A DNA stretch of 54,733 bases from positions 1-54,733 of the forward strand of contig CAJXNV010000002.1 in NCBI GenBank assembly GCA_913057155.1. Reading direction: 5' to 3'. The position numbers and the translations under genes were made by a program. This DNA comes from an uncultured Actinomycetes bacterium (GTDB lineage Bacteria > Actinomycetota > Actinomycetes > S36-B12). How positions within the stretch are numbered: position 1 is the stretch's first letter; every line of letters starts with the position of its first letter. The notes beneath the pieces were generated by a model. It was not told the origin of the DNA. It worked only from the letters and a program-made list of their open reading frames with translations, and searched no databases. Shown piece after piece: positions 7,985 through 16,450 of the stretch.

Positions 7985-8727
7985 CAATCCGCCGATCCCT
8001 CATGGCGACCCCGCCGGCGCAAGGCGAAGATCGCGATCAACACCAGCACCACGCCGACCCCGATCACCGAGGGCCCTGCGATGAGTGCGATCGACGCTGC
8101 ATCCCCGGCACCGTCGATCCGGTACCGACCCACGAGTCGCACCTCGCCGAGATCGGTGCCGTCGTCGCTGCTGACCACGACTGTGCGACCTGACTCGGGT
8201 AACGGAAGGACCACCGCTTCGGCGCCACTAGACCGACCCCAGACTCCCGGTAGCCCGGACAATCCGACGTCGGGTAGCTCGTCCACGACGGCGATGCGTT
8301 CGACGGTCCAACCTTGCTCGGTGCTCAAGGCCAGGCAGTACTGCGCGCCGAGCAAACGCTCCTCGACGTCGTCGCTGTCGGCGAGACCGACAAGGTAGGA
8401 CGACTGCGCGCCAGGTACGTCGATCGCGATCGTTTCCTCGCTGCGGTCGGCCACGAAGGCGTAGCGATTCCATTCATCGGCACTGACCTGCGCGCCGGAA
8501 ACCTCGATCAGCAAGGTCTGGCACGCGGGCGCGGAGATCACCTGGCTCGCGGTGGTGAGTTCGTCGTTGGCGTCGAGGGTGTCGTCCAACCACACACCGG
8601 CGGCAGTCACCGCGGAACCGAGGAGGATGGCGACCGCGCCCACCAGCGCGAGCAGCCAACGCCACACGATGCGAGCCACGTTCCGCCCTTCCTCCTGCCG
8701 AGGGTCCTCCTGACTAGTCATCGTCAC
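7984..8727 (-). CDS. hypothetical membrane protein (N- and C-terminal TM helices, about 170-aa central domain)
   Basis: Hydrophobic segments IVWRWLLALVGAVAILLGSAVTAAGVWL and VIGVGVVLVLIAIFAL, followed by RRRGRHEG. I recognise no family motif. It is tightly packed between the photolyase stop (8729) and the pgsA-like start. The start is GTG 8727 or ATG 8721 (GAGG 5 nt upstream). Confidence 0.55.
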   Translation of the reverse strand: MTMTSQEDPRQEEGRNVARIVWRWLLALVGAVAILLGSAVTAAGVWLDDTLDANDELTTASQVISAPACQTLLIEVSGAQVSADEWNRYAFVADRSEETIAIDVPGAQSSYLVGLADSDDVEERLLGAQYCLALSTEQGWTVERIAVVDELPDVGLSGLPGVWGRSSGAEAVVLPLPESGRTVVVSSDDGTDLGEVRLVGRYRIDGAGDAASIALIAGPSVIGVGVVLVLIAIFALRRRGRHEGSAD

Positions 8728-8728
8728 C

Positions 8729-10207
8729 TCACGGGGCGCCGGTGCCGCGCGCCCGCTCCTGTTCCAACAGATCGGGCAGGTCGGTGAGCTTGTCCAGGGT
8801 GCGTAGGGCCGTTCCCATGCGGTGATTGCCGGTGAAGTCGTCGCGGTGATCGTCCAGGAACGCCCAGTAGCCCGCCGTGAACGGACACGCCTTCTCCCCG
8901 ACCCGCACCTTGGGGTCGTAGCGGCATTCGCCGCAGAAGTCCGTCATCTTCTTCAAGTAAGCCCCACCGGAGATGTACGGCTTCGTAGCCATCAGGCCGC
9001 CATCTGCATACAGGCCCATGCCGATCACGTTCGCGGTCATGACCCACGGGTAGCCGTCCACGAACGCTCTACGGAACCAATCGTTGACCGCCTGCGGTGA
9101 GTAGCCCCGCTGCGTGGCCCAGTTGCTCAGCACCATCAAGCGGATGATGTGGTGGGCGTAGCCGAGCTCGTCCACGTTCTGCAAAGAGCGCTTCAGGCAG
9201 TGTGCGTCGACCTCCGCCCACGCGGCATCCAGGAACCAGTCGGGGGGCGTGGTGTGTGCCTGCAGCGCATTGCGTTGTTCGTACTCCGCACCCAGGTGCC
9301 AATACAGGTGCCACACGTATTCCCGCCAGCCGATGATCTGGCGGACTAGGCCCTCGACGCTGGCCAAGGTCGCGGCATCGGCGTGCCAAGCCGCCACTGC
9401 CCGATCGACCACCTCGGCGGGATGCAGCAGGCCCAAGTTCAGTGGCACCGACAGCAGCGAGTGCGCCATGAACGGATCCCGCCACAACACGGCGTCCTCG
9501 TAGGGACCGAACATGGCCAGTCGGTTGCTCAGGAAATCGTCGAGGGCGCTCAGGGCCTCCGCACGGGTGACCGCGAAGCGTCGCGGGCCGTCCTGGCCGA
9601 GGAACTCGATACCTTCGGCTTCCCAGGAGTCGAGTTCGGCCCGCACCCGCGCATCGATGTCGTCCTCGGTCGGCTGCCAGGGCTCCGGAACCGGGAGGTG
9701 CGTTTCGCCGCGTGGTGGGGGCAAGCGGTTCTGCGAATCGAAATTCCATTGCCCACCGGCGGGCGCATCGGCTTCCATGAGGACGTCGTGGCCGCGCCGC
9801 ACGCTGCGATACCAGTCCTCCATCAACAGCCGTTTGGAGCCACGCGATCGCACCCAGGAGCCGAACTCATCGGCCGATGTGAACCAGCCCAGTTCCGGGT
9901 GGATTTGCGCGAAGCCCAGTTCGCGTTGCAGCACCCGGGCCGGTCGCGAAGTGGCTGCGATGGCCTCCACCGCCGTCGGATCTACCTCCGCGAGTCCGGC
10001 CCGGTAGGTCTCGGATCGGACCAAGTGCACCCGATCGGGCTCCGCTTCCGCGCGATGCCACAGGGCACTCAGGATCAGGTGGGCCTTCTGCCGGTGGTAC
10101 CGATGCCGCCGGAAGACGGCCTTGGACTCCACGAAGAGCAACTCGCCCCCATGATCGAAATGCGGGCCGAGTTGGTCGGCGAACAGGAAGCGGGTTCGTT
10201 CAGCCAT
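8729..10207 (-). CDS. cryptochrome/photolyase family protein, FeS-BCP (CryPro / PhrB-type (6-4) photolyase-like)
   Basis: Track ORF trimmed to the ATG at 10207 (MAERTRFLFADQLGP...). The N-terminus has HRYHRQKAHLILSALWH. The C-terminus has ISGGAYLKKMTDFCGECRYDPKVRVGEKACPF..YWAFL, with the cysteine set expected for the [4Fe-4S] cluster of this subfamily. Confidence 0.85.
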   Translation of the reverse strand: MAERTRFLFADQLGPHFDHGGELLFVESKAVFRRHRYHRQKAHLILSALWHRAEAEPDRVHLVRSETYRAGLAEVDPTAVEAIAATSRPARVLQRELGFAQIHPELGWFTSADEFGSWVRSRGSKRLLMEDWYRSVRRGHDVLMEADAPAGGQWNFDSQNRLPPPRGETHLPVPEPWQPTEDDIDARVRAELDSWEAEGIEFLGQDGPRRFAVTRAEALSALDDFLSNRLAMFGPYEDAVLWRDPFMAHSLLSVPLNLGLLHPAEVVDRAVAAWHADAATLASVEGLVRQIIGWREYVWHLYWHLGAEYEQRNALQAHTTPPDWFLDAAWAEVDAHCLKRSLQNVDELGYAHHIIRLMVLSNWATQRGYSPQAVNDWFRRAFVDGYPWVMTANVIGMGLYADGGLMATKPYISGGAYLKKMTDFCGECRYDPKVRVGEKACPFTAGYWAFLDDHRDDFTGNHRMGTALRTLDKLTDLPDLLEQERARGTGAP

Positions 10208-11003
10208 GGCTGGCCCTCGCGGTTCGCGAGGCGACCGCCATCCATCGACCGGAGACCGATTCCACCGTGACATCGATCCCGTATGCCTCGGACAGCCGGT
10301 CACCGGTCATGACCTCGTCGATCGGTCCGCTCGCGACCACCTTGCCGTGGGCCAGGACCAGCGCATGCGTGATGCGGGTGGGGATCTCCTCGACATGGTG
10401 GGTAACCAGCACCAGGCTCGGTGCCAGTGGATCGGCAGCGAAGTCATCGAGCAGGCCGATGAGCTCCTCGCGGCCGGCTAGATCCAAACCGGCGCCCGGT
10501 TCGTCCAACAGCAGCAACTCCGGATCGCTCATCAACGCCCGGGCTATCAGGACGCGTTTGCGCTCCCCCTCGGACAACGAGGCGAACGGGCGTTCTGAGT
10601 AGGACCGGGCGCCCCACGCGCTCAACAGTTCCATGGCGCGATCGGTGTCCTCGTCCGCGTACTGCTCGTTCCACCGGCCGGTCACCGCATAGGCGCCGGT
10701 AACCACCACATCGATCGCGCGTTCGTGCATCGGGATCTCGCGCAGCAGCATGCTCGAAGCGAAGCCGACACGTGGGCGTAGTTCGGCGATGTCGACCTTG
10801 CCCATGACCTCGCCGAGGACTTCCACGGATCCGACCGTCGGGAACATCCTGGTCGATGCGATCGTCAAGGCGGTGGTCTTGCCGGCGCCGTTCGGTCCGA
10901 TCACGACCCAGCGCTCATCCGCATGAACCGACCAGTCCAGATCGCTCAGTAGGTGTGACTCACCACGACGGACTCCCACGCCCGTCATCTGCAAGACCCG
11001 CAC
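10200..11003 (-). CDS. ABC transporter ATP-binding protein (orphan, no cognate permease adjacent)
   Basis: Walker A GPNGAGKTT, signature LSEGERKR, Walker B LLLLDEPGAGLD, H-loop VLVTHH. GTG at 11003 is preceded by TAGGGT-N6. Its stop overlaps the photolyase ATG by 8 nt. Confidence 0.85.
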   Translation of the reverse strand: MRVLQMTGVGVRRGESHLLSDLDWSVHADERWVVIGPNGAGKTTALTIASTRMFPTVGSVEVLGEVMGKVDIAELRPRVGFASSMLLREIPMHERAIDVVVTGAYAVTGRWNEQYADEDTDRAMELLSAWGARSYSERPFASLSEGERKRVLIARALMSDPELLLLDEPGAGLDLAGREELIGLLDDFAADPLAPSLVLVTHHVEEIPTRITHALVLAHGKVVASGPIDEVMTGDRLSEAYGIDVTVESVSGRWMAVASRTARASHG

Positions 11004-11009
11004 CCGACC

Positions 11010-11015
11010 ACCCTA
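11010..11015 (-). promoter_or_regulatory. putative -10 element (TAGGGT) of a leaderless transcript
   Basis: The - strand reads TAGGGT, then GGTCGG (6 nt), then the GTG at 11003. There is no SD. Confidence 0.3.
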
Positions 11016-11067
11016 GGTGCACGCGGGGCCGAGTTCCGCGCACGACGCTGAGTACCGTTGACCCATC

Positions 11068-12330
11068 ATGGACGATCAAGGTGCCGCTACGAATGAGGCC
11101 GTCGACCGTGACTTTGCCGATGCTGGGCACCGCACGATGCTCGTTACGTTGAGCGGGGTCGACCGTCCGGGCGTCACCCGTGATCTGTTCACCACCTGCA
11201 GCGGTATCGGCGCGAGCGTGCGTGACATCGATCAGATCGTCATGCGCGGACGCTTGATCCTGGCTGCCTCGCTCGAAGTTCCAGCGGGCCCGAGTAGGCA
11301 ACTGACCACCGCGATCGAGGCCTTGGCGACGAAACTGCAGATGGATGCCTCGATCGATGTCCACAGTTCGAGCCCACCGGTCGCATCCCCACGCCCGAGT
11401 GGCGGATTCCGCATCACCGTCATGGCCGATGACCTCTCCCCCGCCTCCATCGCGGACGTAGCGACGCAGATCGCGCACGGCGGAGGCAACATCGAGCGGA
11501 TCCGCAGGATCGCCCACTACCCCGTCACCGCGATCGCCTTCGAGGGACGCGGGGTGGATCCCGACGAACTACGCCGACCGCTGGCGGCGATCTCCGCCGA
11601 GCGCGGGGTCGATATCGCCGTGCAGGACACGGGTCTGGAGACCCGGGGGCAGTACTTGGTGGTGATGGATGTCGATTCCACGGTCATCCAAGACGAAGTG
11701 ATCGATCTGCTCGCAGCCGAAGCCGGTCAAGCCGAGGCGGTAGCTCGCGTCACGCAGCGGGCGATGGCCGGGGAATTGGATTTCAGTGAGTCCCTGCACG
11801 CTCGGGTCGCCCTCCTGGCAGGTCTGCCCGAGGAAGCCATCGCCCGTGCGCGTGAACGCATCCAGCTGACACCGGGCGCACGCACGCTGTGTCGCACCCT
11901 GAATCGATTGGGTTATCGCATCGCCTTGGTTTCCGGTGGTTTCACTCAAGTCATCGCACCGGTAGCCGCCGGCCTCGGTGTGGCCGAGGTCCGCGCCAAC
12001 ACCCTGGAAGTCGTGGACGGTCACCTCACCGGGAAGGTCGTCGGCGAGATCATGGATCGACCGGGTAAGCGCAAGGCGCTCGAGGACCTCGCCGTACGTT
12101 TCGGAATCCCCCGGCGTCGCACCATCGCGATCGGCGATGGCGCGAATGACATCGACATGCTGGAGGCGGCCGGGTTGGGTATCGCGTTCAATGCCAAGCC
12201 CGTTGCGCGCCAAGCCGCGGATACCTCGGTATCGGTTCCGTTCTTGGACTCGGTGCTGTTCTTGATGGGCATAACCCGCGACGAAGTCGAACTCGCCGAC
12301 GCCCGCGATGGCATCAGCGACACGTCGTGA
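11068..12330 (+). CDS. serB: phosphoserine phosphatase SerB (ACT-domain N-terminus, SerB2-like)
   Basis: HAD motif I VVMDVDSTVIQDEVID, later GDGANDIDML. The N-terminal ~190 aa resemble tandem ACT domains (TLSGVDRPGVTRDLF). Confidence 0.9.
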   Translation: MDDQGAATNEAVDRDFADAGHRTMLVTLSGVDRPGVTRDLFTTCSGIGASVRDIDQIVMRGRLILAASLEVPAGPSRQLTTAIEALATKLQMDASIDVHSSSPPVASPRPSGGFRITVMADDLSPASIADVATQIAHGGGNIERIRRIAHYPVTAIAFEGRGVDPDELRRPLAAISAERGVDIAVQDTGLETRGQYLVVMDVDSTVIQDEVIDLLAAEAGQAEAVARVTQRAMAGELDFSESLHARVALLAGLPEEAIARARERIQLTPGARTLCRTLNRLGYRIALVSGGFTQVIAPVAAGLGVAEVRANTLEVVDGHLTGKVVGEIMDRPGKRKALEDLAVRFGIPRRRTIAIGDGANDIDMLEAAGLGIAFNAKPVARQAADTSVSVPFLDSVLFLMGITRDEVELADARDGISDTS

Positions 12331-12820
12331 ACGCCTCCAGGCGTGCCTCATCGATCGTGTAGTCCCAATCATCACCGGGGATATGAATGACGGCGAACGC
12401 CGCCGTAGGGAACTTGACGGCCATATCCGCCGCCGCTTCCGGCTCGCCCGGGATCGACAGCGCGAGTTCCTCCAGCCCCGGGTTGTGTCCGACGAGGATC
12501 CCCACATCCGTTCGAAAGCAATGCGAGGCCTCGACTAACGCGGCAGGTTCGGCGAGGTACAACGCGGAATCCTCCCAAGACTGATCCACCGATCGACCCG
12601 CCTGCTCGAAATCGGCTCGCACGATCTGCCACGTCTGCAGCGTTCGCGTGGCCGTGGAGATGGCCGCACCGACACTGGCACCGGCCGGAATGTGATCACG
12701 CAGGCGTTCGCCGATGCGTGCGGCGTTGCGCACCCCGCGCGCCGATAGCGGTCGATCGTGATCGGCCACACCGGGCGGATAGTCGGACTTCGCGTGCCGC
12801 AGCAGGATCAACGTGGGCAT
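12314..12820 (-). CDS. histidine phosphatase family protein (SixA-like)
   Basis: Track ORF 12314..13204 trimmed to the ATG at 12820 (MPTLILLRHAKSDY...RPLSARG, i.e. the RHG-type catalytic motif; later GHNPG). Its start abuts the inhA-like stop at 12823. Confidence 0.8.
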   Translation of the reverse strand: MPTLILLRHAKSDYPPGVADHDRPLSARGVRNAARIGERLRDHIPAGASVGAAISTATRTLQTWQIVRADFEQAGRSVDQSWEDSALYLAEPAALVEASHCFRTDVGILVGHNPGLEELALSIPGEPEAAADMAVKFPTAAFAVIHIPGDDWDYTIDEARLEAFTTCR

Positions 12821-12822
12821 CG

Positions 12823-13590
12823 TCACGCACCCTGGGAGTGGACTCCCCCGTCGACGTGCACGATCTCGCCGGTAGTCGCGGCGAACCACGGCGACAGCAA
12901 CGCCACGCATGCTTGCGCCGCTGGAGTCGGGTCGTCGAGATCCCAGCCAATTGGCGCGCGGTCCTGCCATACCTGCTCGAAGTCCTCGAAGCCGGGGATG
13001 CTCTTGGCGGCCATGGTCCGGATCGGACCGGCTGCCACGAGATTGACCCGGATACCGGCCGGACCGAGATCCCGTGCGAGGTAGCGCGCCGTGGACTCCA
13101 AGGCAGCCTTCGCGACACCCATCCAGTCGTAGGTGGGCCAGGCGACGGTGGCGTCGAAATCCAAGCCGACGACGGCGCTGCCCCGGGGCATCAAGTCCCG
13201 GCACGCGACAGCCAACGAGGCCATGGAGTACGCCGAAATCTGCATCGCGGTCGCGACATCGGGCCAGGTGGTGTTCAGGAAGTTCCCACCGAGCGCGGAT
13301 TCGGGGGCGAATCCGATCGAGTGCACTACGCCGTGCAACTCCTCGCTGTGCTCGCGAACGCGATCGGCGAGGGAGGCGAGGTGGTCGTCGTCGGTGACGT
13401 CGAGTTCGACGATGGGCGCCGGGTTCGGTAGCCGGGACGAGGACCGTTTCGTCAGGGACATCGTGCGACCGAAGCTGGTCAAGATGACTTGCGCTCCCTG
13501 CTCTTGGGCCAGCCGCGCTACGTGGAAGGCGATCGACTGGTCGGTCAGTACGCCGGTCACCAGCACGGTGCGGCCCTCGAGCAATGCCAC
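12823..13590 (-). CDS. inhA: enoyl-[acyl-carrier-protein] reductase (NADH), FabI/InhA type
   Basis: LLEGRTVLVTGV..SIAFHVA nucleotide-binding N-terminus, ...YDWMGVAKAALES (Y/K catalytic pair), GPIRT. The track start at 13614 is TTG. I prefer GTG at 13590, preceded by AGGAGAGACA. Confidence 0.92.
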   Translation of the reverse strand: MALLEGRTVLVTGVLTDQSIAFHVARLAQEQGAQVILTSFGRTMSLTKRSSSRLPNPAPIVELDVTDDDHLASLADRVREHSEELHGVVHSIGFAPESALGGNFLNTTWPDVATAMQISAYSMASLAVACRDLMPRGSAVVGLDFDATVAWPTYDWMGVAKAALESTARYLARDLGPAGIRVNLVAAGPIRTMAAKSIPGFEDFEQVWQDRAPIGWDLDDPTPAAQACVALLSPWFAATTGEIVHVDGGVHSQGA

Positions 13591-13629
13591 TGTCTCTCCT
13601 CGCTTCGTAACCAAGACTCGCAGGACTCG

Positions 13630-14343
13630 TCAGTGGCCCATGCCCAGGCCACCGTCGACGGGAAGCACCGCTCCGGTCACGTACCCCGCATCGGGTCCCA
13701 CGAGATACTCGACGGCGGCGGCGACCTCGCCCGGGTCAGCGTAGCGACCGGCGGGGATCGCCCCGAGGATCTCGGTGCGCCGTTCCTCATCGAGTTCGGC
13801 GGTCATATCGGTGTCCACGAAGCCGGGAGCGACGATGTTGACGGTGATACCCCGGGAACCGACTTCACGAGCCAGGGATCGCGCGGCGCCGATCAATCCG
13901 GCCTTCGATGCCGCGTAGTTGACCTGACCTGCGCTACCCAACATGCCAACGACGGACGACAAGAACACGATGCGTCCACTCTTCGCACGAAGCATGCCGC
14001 GCAGTACCCCGCGAGCCAAGCGAATGCTGCCGGCCAGGTTCGTGGCCAGCACCTCGTCGATATCGGCATCGCTCATCCGCATCAGCAGGGTGTCGCGGGT
14101 GACACCCGCGTTCGCCACGAGGATCCCGATGGGGCCGTATTGCTCGGTCACCTCGGCTAGGCCCGTCTCGATCGAGGCTGGATCGCTGACGTCCATGGCG
14201 ATCGAGCCGGCTACTTCCACTCCCGCAGGAGGCTGCGCCGAACGAGAGGCCACGACCACGCGGTATCCGGCTGCTGTCAGCCTCGCCGCCGTTGCCGCGC
14301 CGATCCCGCGGCTGCCCCCGGTTACCAATGCCACCGTCGTCAT
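13630..14343 (-). CDS. fabG: 3-oxoacyl-[acyl-carrier-protein] reductase FabG (MabA-like)
   Basis: SDR motifs VTGGSRGIG, NAG, and YAASKAG (Y-x3-K). It lies directly upstream of the inhA-like gene, as in the mycobacterial fabG1-inhA pair. Confidence 0.92.
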   Translation of the reverse strand: MTTVALVTGGSRGIGAATAARLTAAGYRVVVASRSAQPPAGVEVAGSIAMDVSDPASIETGLAEVTEQYGPIGILVANAGVTRDTLLMRMSDADIDEVLATNLAGSIRLARGVLRGMLRAKSGRIVFLSSVVGMLGSAGQVNYAASKAGLIGAARSLAREVGSRGITVNIVAPGFVDTDMTAELDEERRTEILGAIPAGRYADPGEVAAAVEYLVGPDAGYVTGAVLPVDGGLGMGH

Positions 14344-15083
14344 CGTCGCTCCTTCGCAGTCTTGCCGAGTCGGGAGATAAGGGAGTTCAACGGGACTAGT
14401 ACGAAGGCGAAGAAGGGGGCGATGCCGGGCCAGAACTCACTGATGACACCGATCAGGATGAAGCAAGCGAAGAAGGCGATGCCACGCCAGCGGTTCACCA
14501 CATGCGTGGCTTCGATCCGGTGCTGCTCGCTCGGCTCGAGCAGGGCCGGGGTCCGGCGCGCATGGGCGGCGATCAGCGATCCGACGCCACTGATCGCCGC
14601 GAGCGTCCACCAGTACAGCAGGCCTACGCCACCGGCGCCGGCGATCGTCTCGTTGCTGGCGGTTCCGTACATCGCGGTGGGCCAGGGCAAGAACACCACC
14701 AGGATCAGCCACAGGACGTTGAGTTGGAAGATGGTGCCATCGACGCGACGCATCGAATTGAACACGGCGTTGTGGTTGCGCCACATGACGATGACCACCA
14801 CGAAACTCAGTACGAAGGCCGTGATCTGTCCGGAGTTCGCCGAGATGACCTGCCACACGGTCTGGCCATCGGATGGTCCATCGATGTCGATCAACGGCAG
14901 CAGCTGCAAGGTGATGCCGATGGCGACCACCGCGTCGGTGAAATTGACCAGCCGGTCGAAGGAGCGCTCCTCGTGCGCGCTCAATGCGGCGGCATCCGAT
15001 CCGGCACCGGATCCGGCATCGGATCGAGCACCGGATGCGGCAGCGGATCCATCTGAGGAGGGCACGGGTGCGGACGCAGACAC
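14340..15083 (-). CDS. TMEM175 family (DUF1211) potassium-channel-like membrane protein
   Basis: TM1 signature FDRLVNFTDAVVAIGITLQLL (R-x3-F-S/T-D) and FVLSFVVVIVMWRNHNAVF, with about six TM segments. The stop overlaps the fabG ATG (ATGA). The start is uncertain: GTG 15083 was chosen because the track N-terminus overlaps the dodecin gene. Confidence 0.7.
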   Translation of the reverse strand: MSASAPVPSSDGSAAASGARSDAGSGAGSDAAALSAHEERSFDRLVNFTDAVVAIGITLQLLPLIDIDGPSDGQTVWQVISANSGQITAFVLSFVVVIVMWRNHNAVFNSMRRVDGTIFQLNVLWLILVVFLPWPTAMYGTASNETIAGAGGVGLLYWWTLAAISGVGSLIAAHARRTPALLEPSEQHRIEATHVVNRWRGIAFFACFILIGVISEFWPGIAPFFAFVLVPLNSLISRLGKTAKERR

Positions 15084-15091
15084 GCGTAGGG

Positions 15092-15304
15092 CTAGGCGTC
15101 TTCTAGTCGATAGCCGACTTTGACGGTCACCTGGAAGTGGTCCACCTCGTTGCTGCGTACGTATCCGCGTACCTGTTGCACCTCGAACCAGTCGATGTGC
15201 CGGTGCTCGGCCCCGGCCCGGCGGACCGCATTGCGCACGGCTTCCTCGATGGAGTCCGGCGAAGTCCCCACGACCTCGCTCAAGCCGTACACCCGATCGG
15301 ACAT
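15092..15304 (-). CDS. dodecin family flavin-binding protein
   Basis: Track ORF trimmed to the ATG at 15304 with SD GAGGAGG. The 70-aa product MSDRVYGLSEVVGTSPDSIEEAVRNAV...WFEV...RGYV...FQVTVKVGYRLED matches the dodecin fold signature. Confidence 0.85.
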   Translation of the reverse strand: MSDRVYGLSEVVGTSPDSIEEAVRNAVRRAGAEHRHIDWFEVQQVRGYVRSNEVDHFQVTVKVGYRLEDA

Positions 15305-15352
15305 GGCTACCTCCTCGACCACGGTCGACGGGCGCATCCACCCGCTCGGGTT

Positions 15353-15358
15353 TACCTT
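15353..15358 (+). promoter_or_regulatory. putative -10 element (TACCTT) of a leaderless transcript
   Basis: TACCTT, then ATTGGG (6 nt), then the GTG at 15365. There is no SD. Confidence 0.3.
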
Positions 15359-15364
15359 ATTGGG

Positions 15365-15721
15365 GTGTCCGAGCCGACCCACACGATCACGAGTGCCCAG
15401 CGCTCGCTGAGCGACGAACAATCCGGCCGGACCCGCAAGTACCTCATTTCCATGGGCATCCGCACGGCGTGCGTGATCGGGGCCATCTTCATCCCCGGCT
15501 GGCCGCGCTGGGTGCTGATCGCCGGGGCCGTCGTGCTGCCGTACCTGGCGGTCGTGATCGCCAATGCCGGTAAGTCCCGTGACGAGGGAGCCGCCGCTCC
15601 GGTGCCCGTGCAGGTGCAGGCAGCTCGACCGGCGCTTCCGTCCTCGACCAAGGCGCTCGAGGGCGTGGTCATCGATCCGCACGAGCAGGAGACGCCCGAG
15701 GGCGGTCGTACAGTGGGTTAG
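15365..15721 (+). CDS. DUF3099 domain-containing membrane protein
   Basis: HTITSAQRSLSDE...RTRKYLISMGIRTACVIGAIFIPGW.RWVLIAGAVVLPYLAVVIANAG is the typical DUF3099 two-TM core. Start trimmed from the track ORF 15137. Confidence 0.7.
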   Translation: MSEPTHTITSAQRSLSDEQSGRTRKYLISMGIRTACVIGAIFIPGWPRWVLIAGAVVLPYLAVVIANAGKSRDEGAAAPVPVQVQAARPALPSSTKALEGVVIDPHEQETPEGGRTVG

Positions 15722-16425
15722 TGCTCGCGCTGCTCCGGACTAGGCGATGGCAGGGCTTCACCGCGGTCGTCATCGTGGCGATCGTCGCCTTCGGGCTCCT
15801 GAGCAGATGGCAGTGGGATCGTGCGGAGGAGAAGCAGGCGGAGGCGCGCGCCCAAGCCCTCAGCGACACCGCGGCCATCACCCCGCCCATCGGCGATCCC
15901 TTGCCGGAGTTCACGCCGGTCGTCTTCACCGGAGACTACGTTGCCGAGTCCGTTCGCTTCGTGCGTCAACGGCCTCTCGAGGGGCGCAACGGTTTCTGGG
16001 TGGTCCAGCAGTTGCGCACCGACGATGGCCTGGTCTGGCTGCTGCGCGGCTGGACGCCCGCGGGCATTCGCGCCGGCGATTCACCCGAACTACCCGCGAC
16101 GGAAACGAGTGGCCGGGCCACGGTCACCGGTATCGCACGTCCGCTACCGGAGGGCGAGCCTTTGCCCGCCGGGGATCGTGGTGGGCTGCCATTGGATCAG
16201 GTAACCGAGATTACGACCGGTCAACTCCCCGGGGCGACGAACGTCGAGTGGTTCGTCCAAGTGCGCGCCAGCGAGCCCGAGGACGGGCTGATCGCCGTGC
16301 CCCTTCCGGAGGCCGACGACCTGCAGAACATCTCCTACGCCATCCAGTGGCTGCTGTTCGCCGCGGTGGCGGTAGGTGGCTGGGTGTTCTTCCTGCGCCG
16401 CGAAGCCAAGGATCTCGGCGCTTGA
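15721..16425 (+). CDS. SURF1 family cytochrome oxidase biogenesis protein
   Basis: N-terminal TM plus LLSRWQWDRAEEK, central FWVVQQL...LLRGW, C-terminal ISYAIQWLLFAAVAVGGWVFF. The GTG start shares one base with the upstream TAG. Confidence 0.8.
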   Translation: MLALLRTRRWQGFTAVVIVAIVAFGLLSRWQWDRAEEKQAEARAQALSDTAAITPPIGDPLPEFTPVVFTGDYVAESVRFVRQRPLEGRNGFWVVQQLRTDDGLVWLLRGWTPAGIRAGDSPELPATETSGRATVTGIARPLPEGEPLPAGDRGGLPLDQVTEITTGQLPGATNVEWFVQVRASEPEDGLIAVPLPEADDLQNISYAIQWLLFAAVAVGGWVFFLRREAKDLGA

Positions 16426-16450
16426 GGCCACCACGGCCGCACCGTGCGGA

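Noticed and set aside
8188-8202. LPESG in the hypothetical membrane protein, considered as a sortase LPXTG-like sorting signal
   Set aside because: The motif lies about 40 residues before the C-terminal TM helix rather than immediately adjacent, and Ser replaces the canonical Thr. It is unlikely to be a sorting signal.
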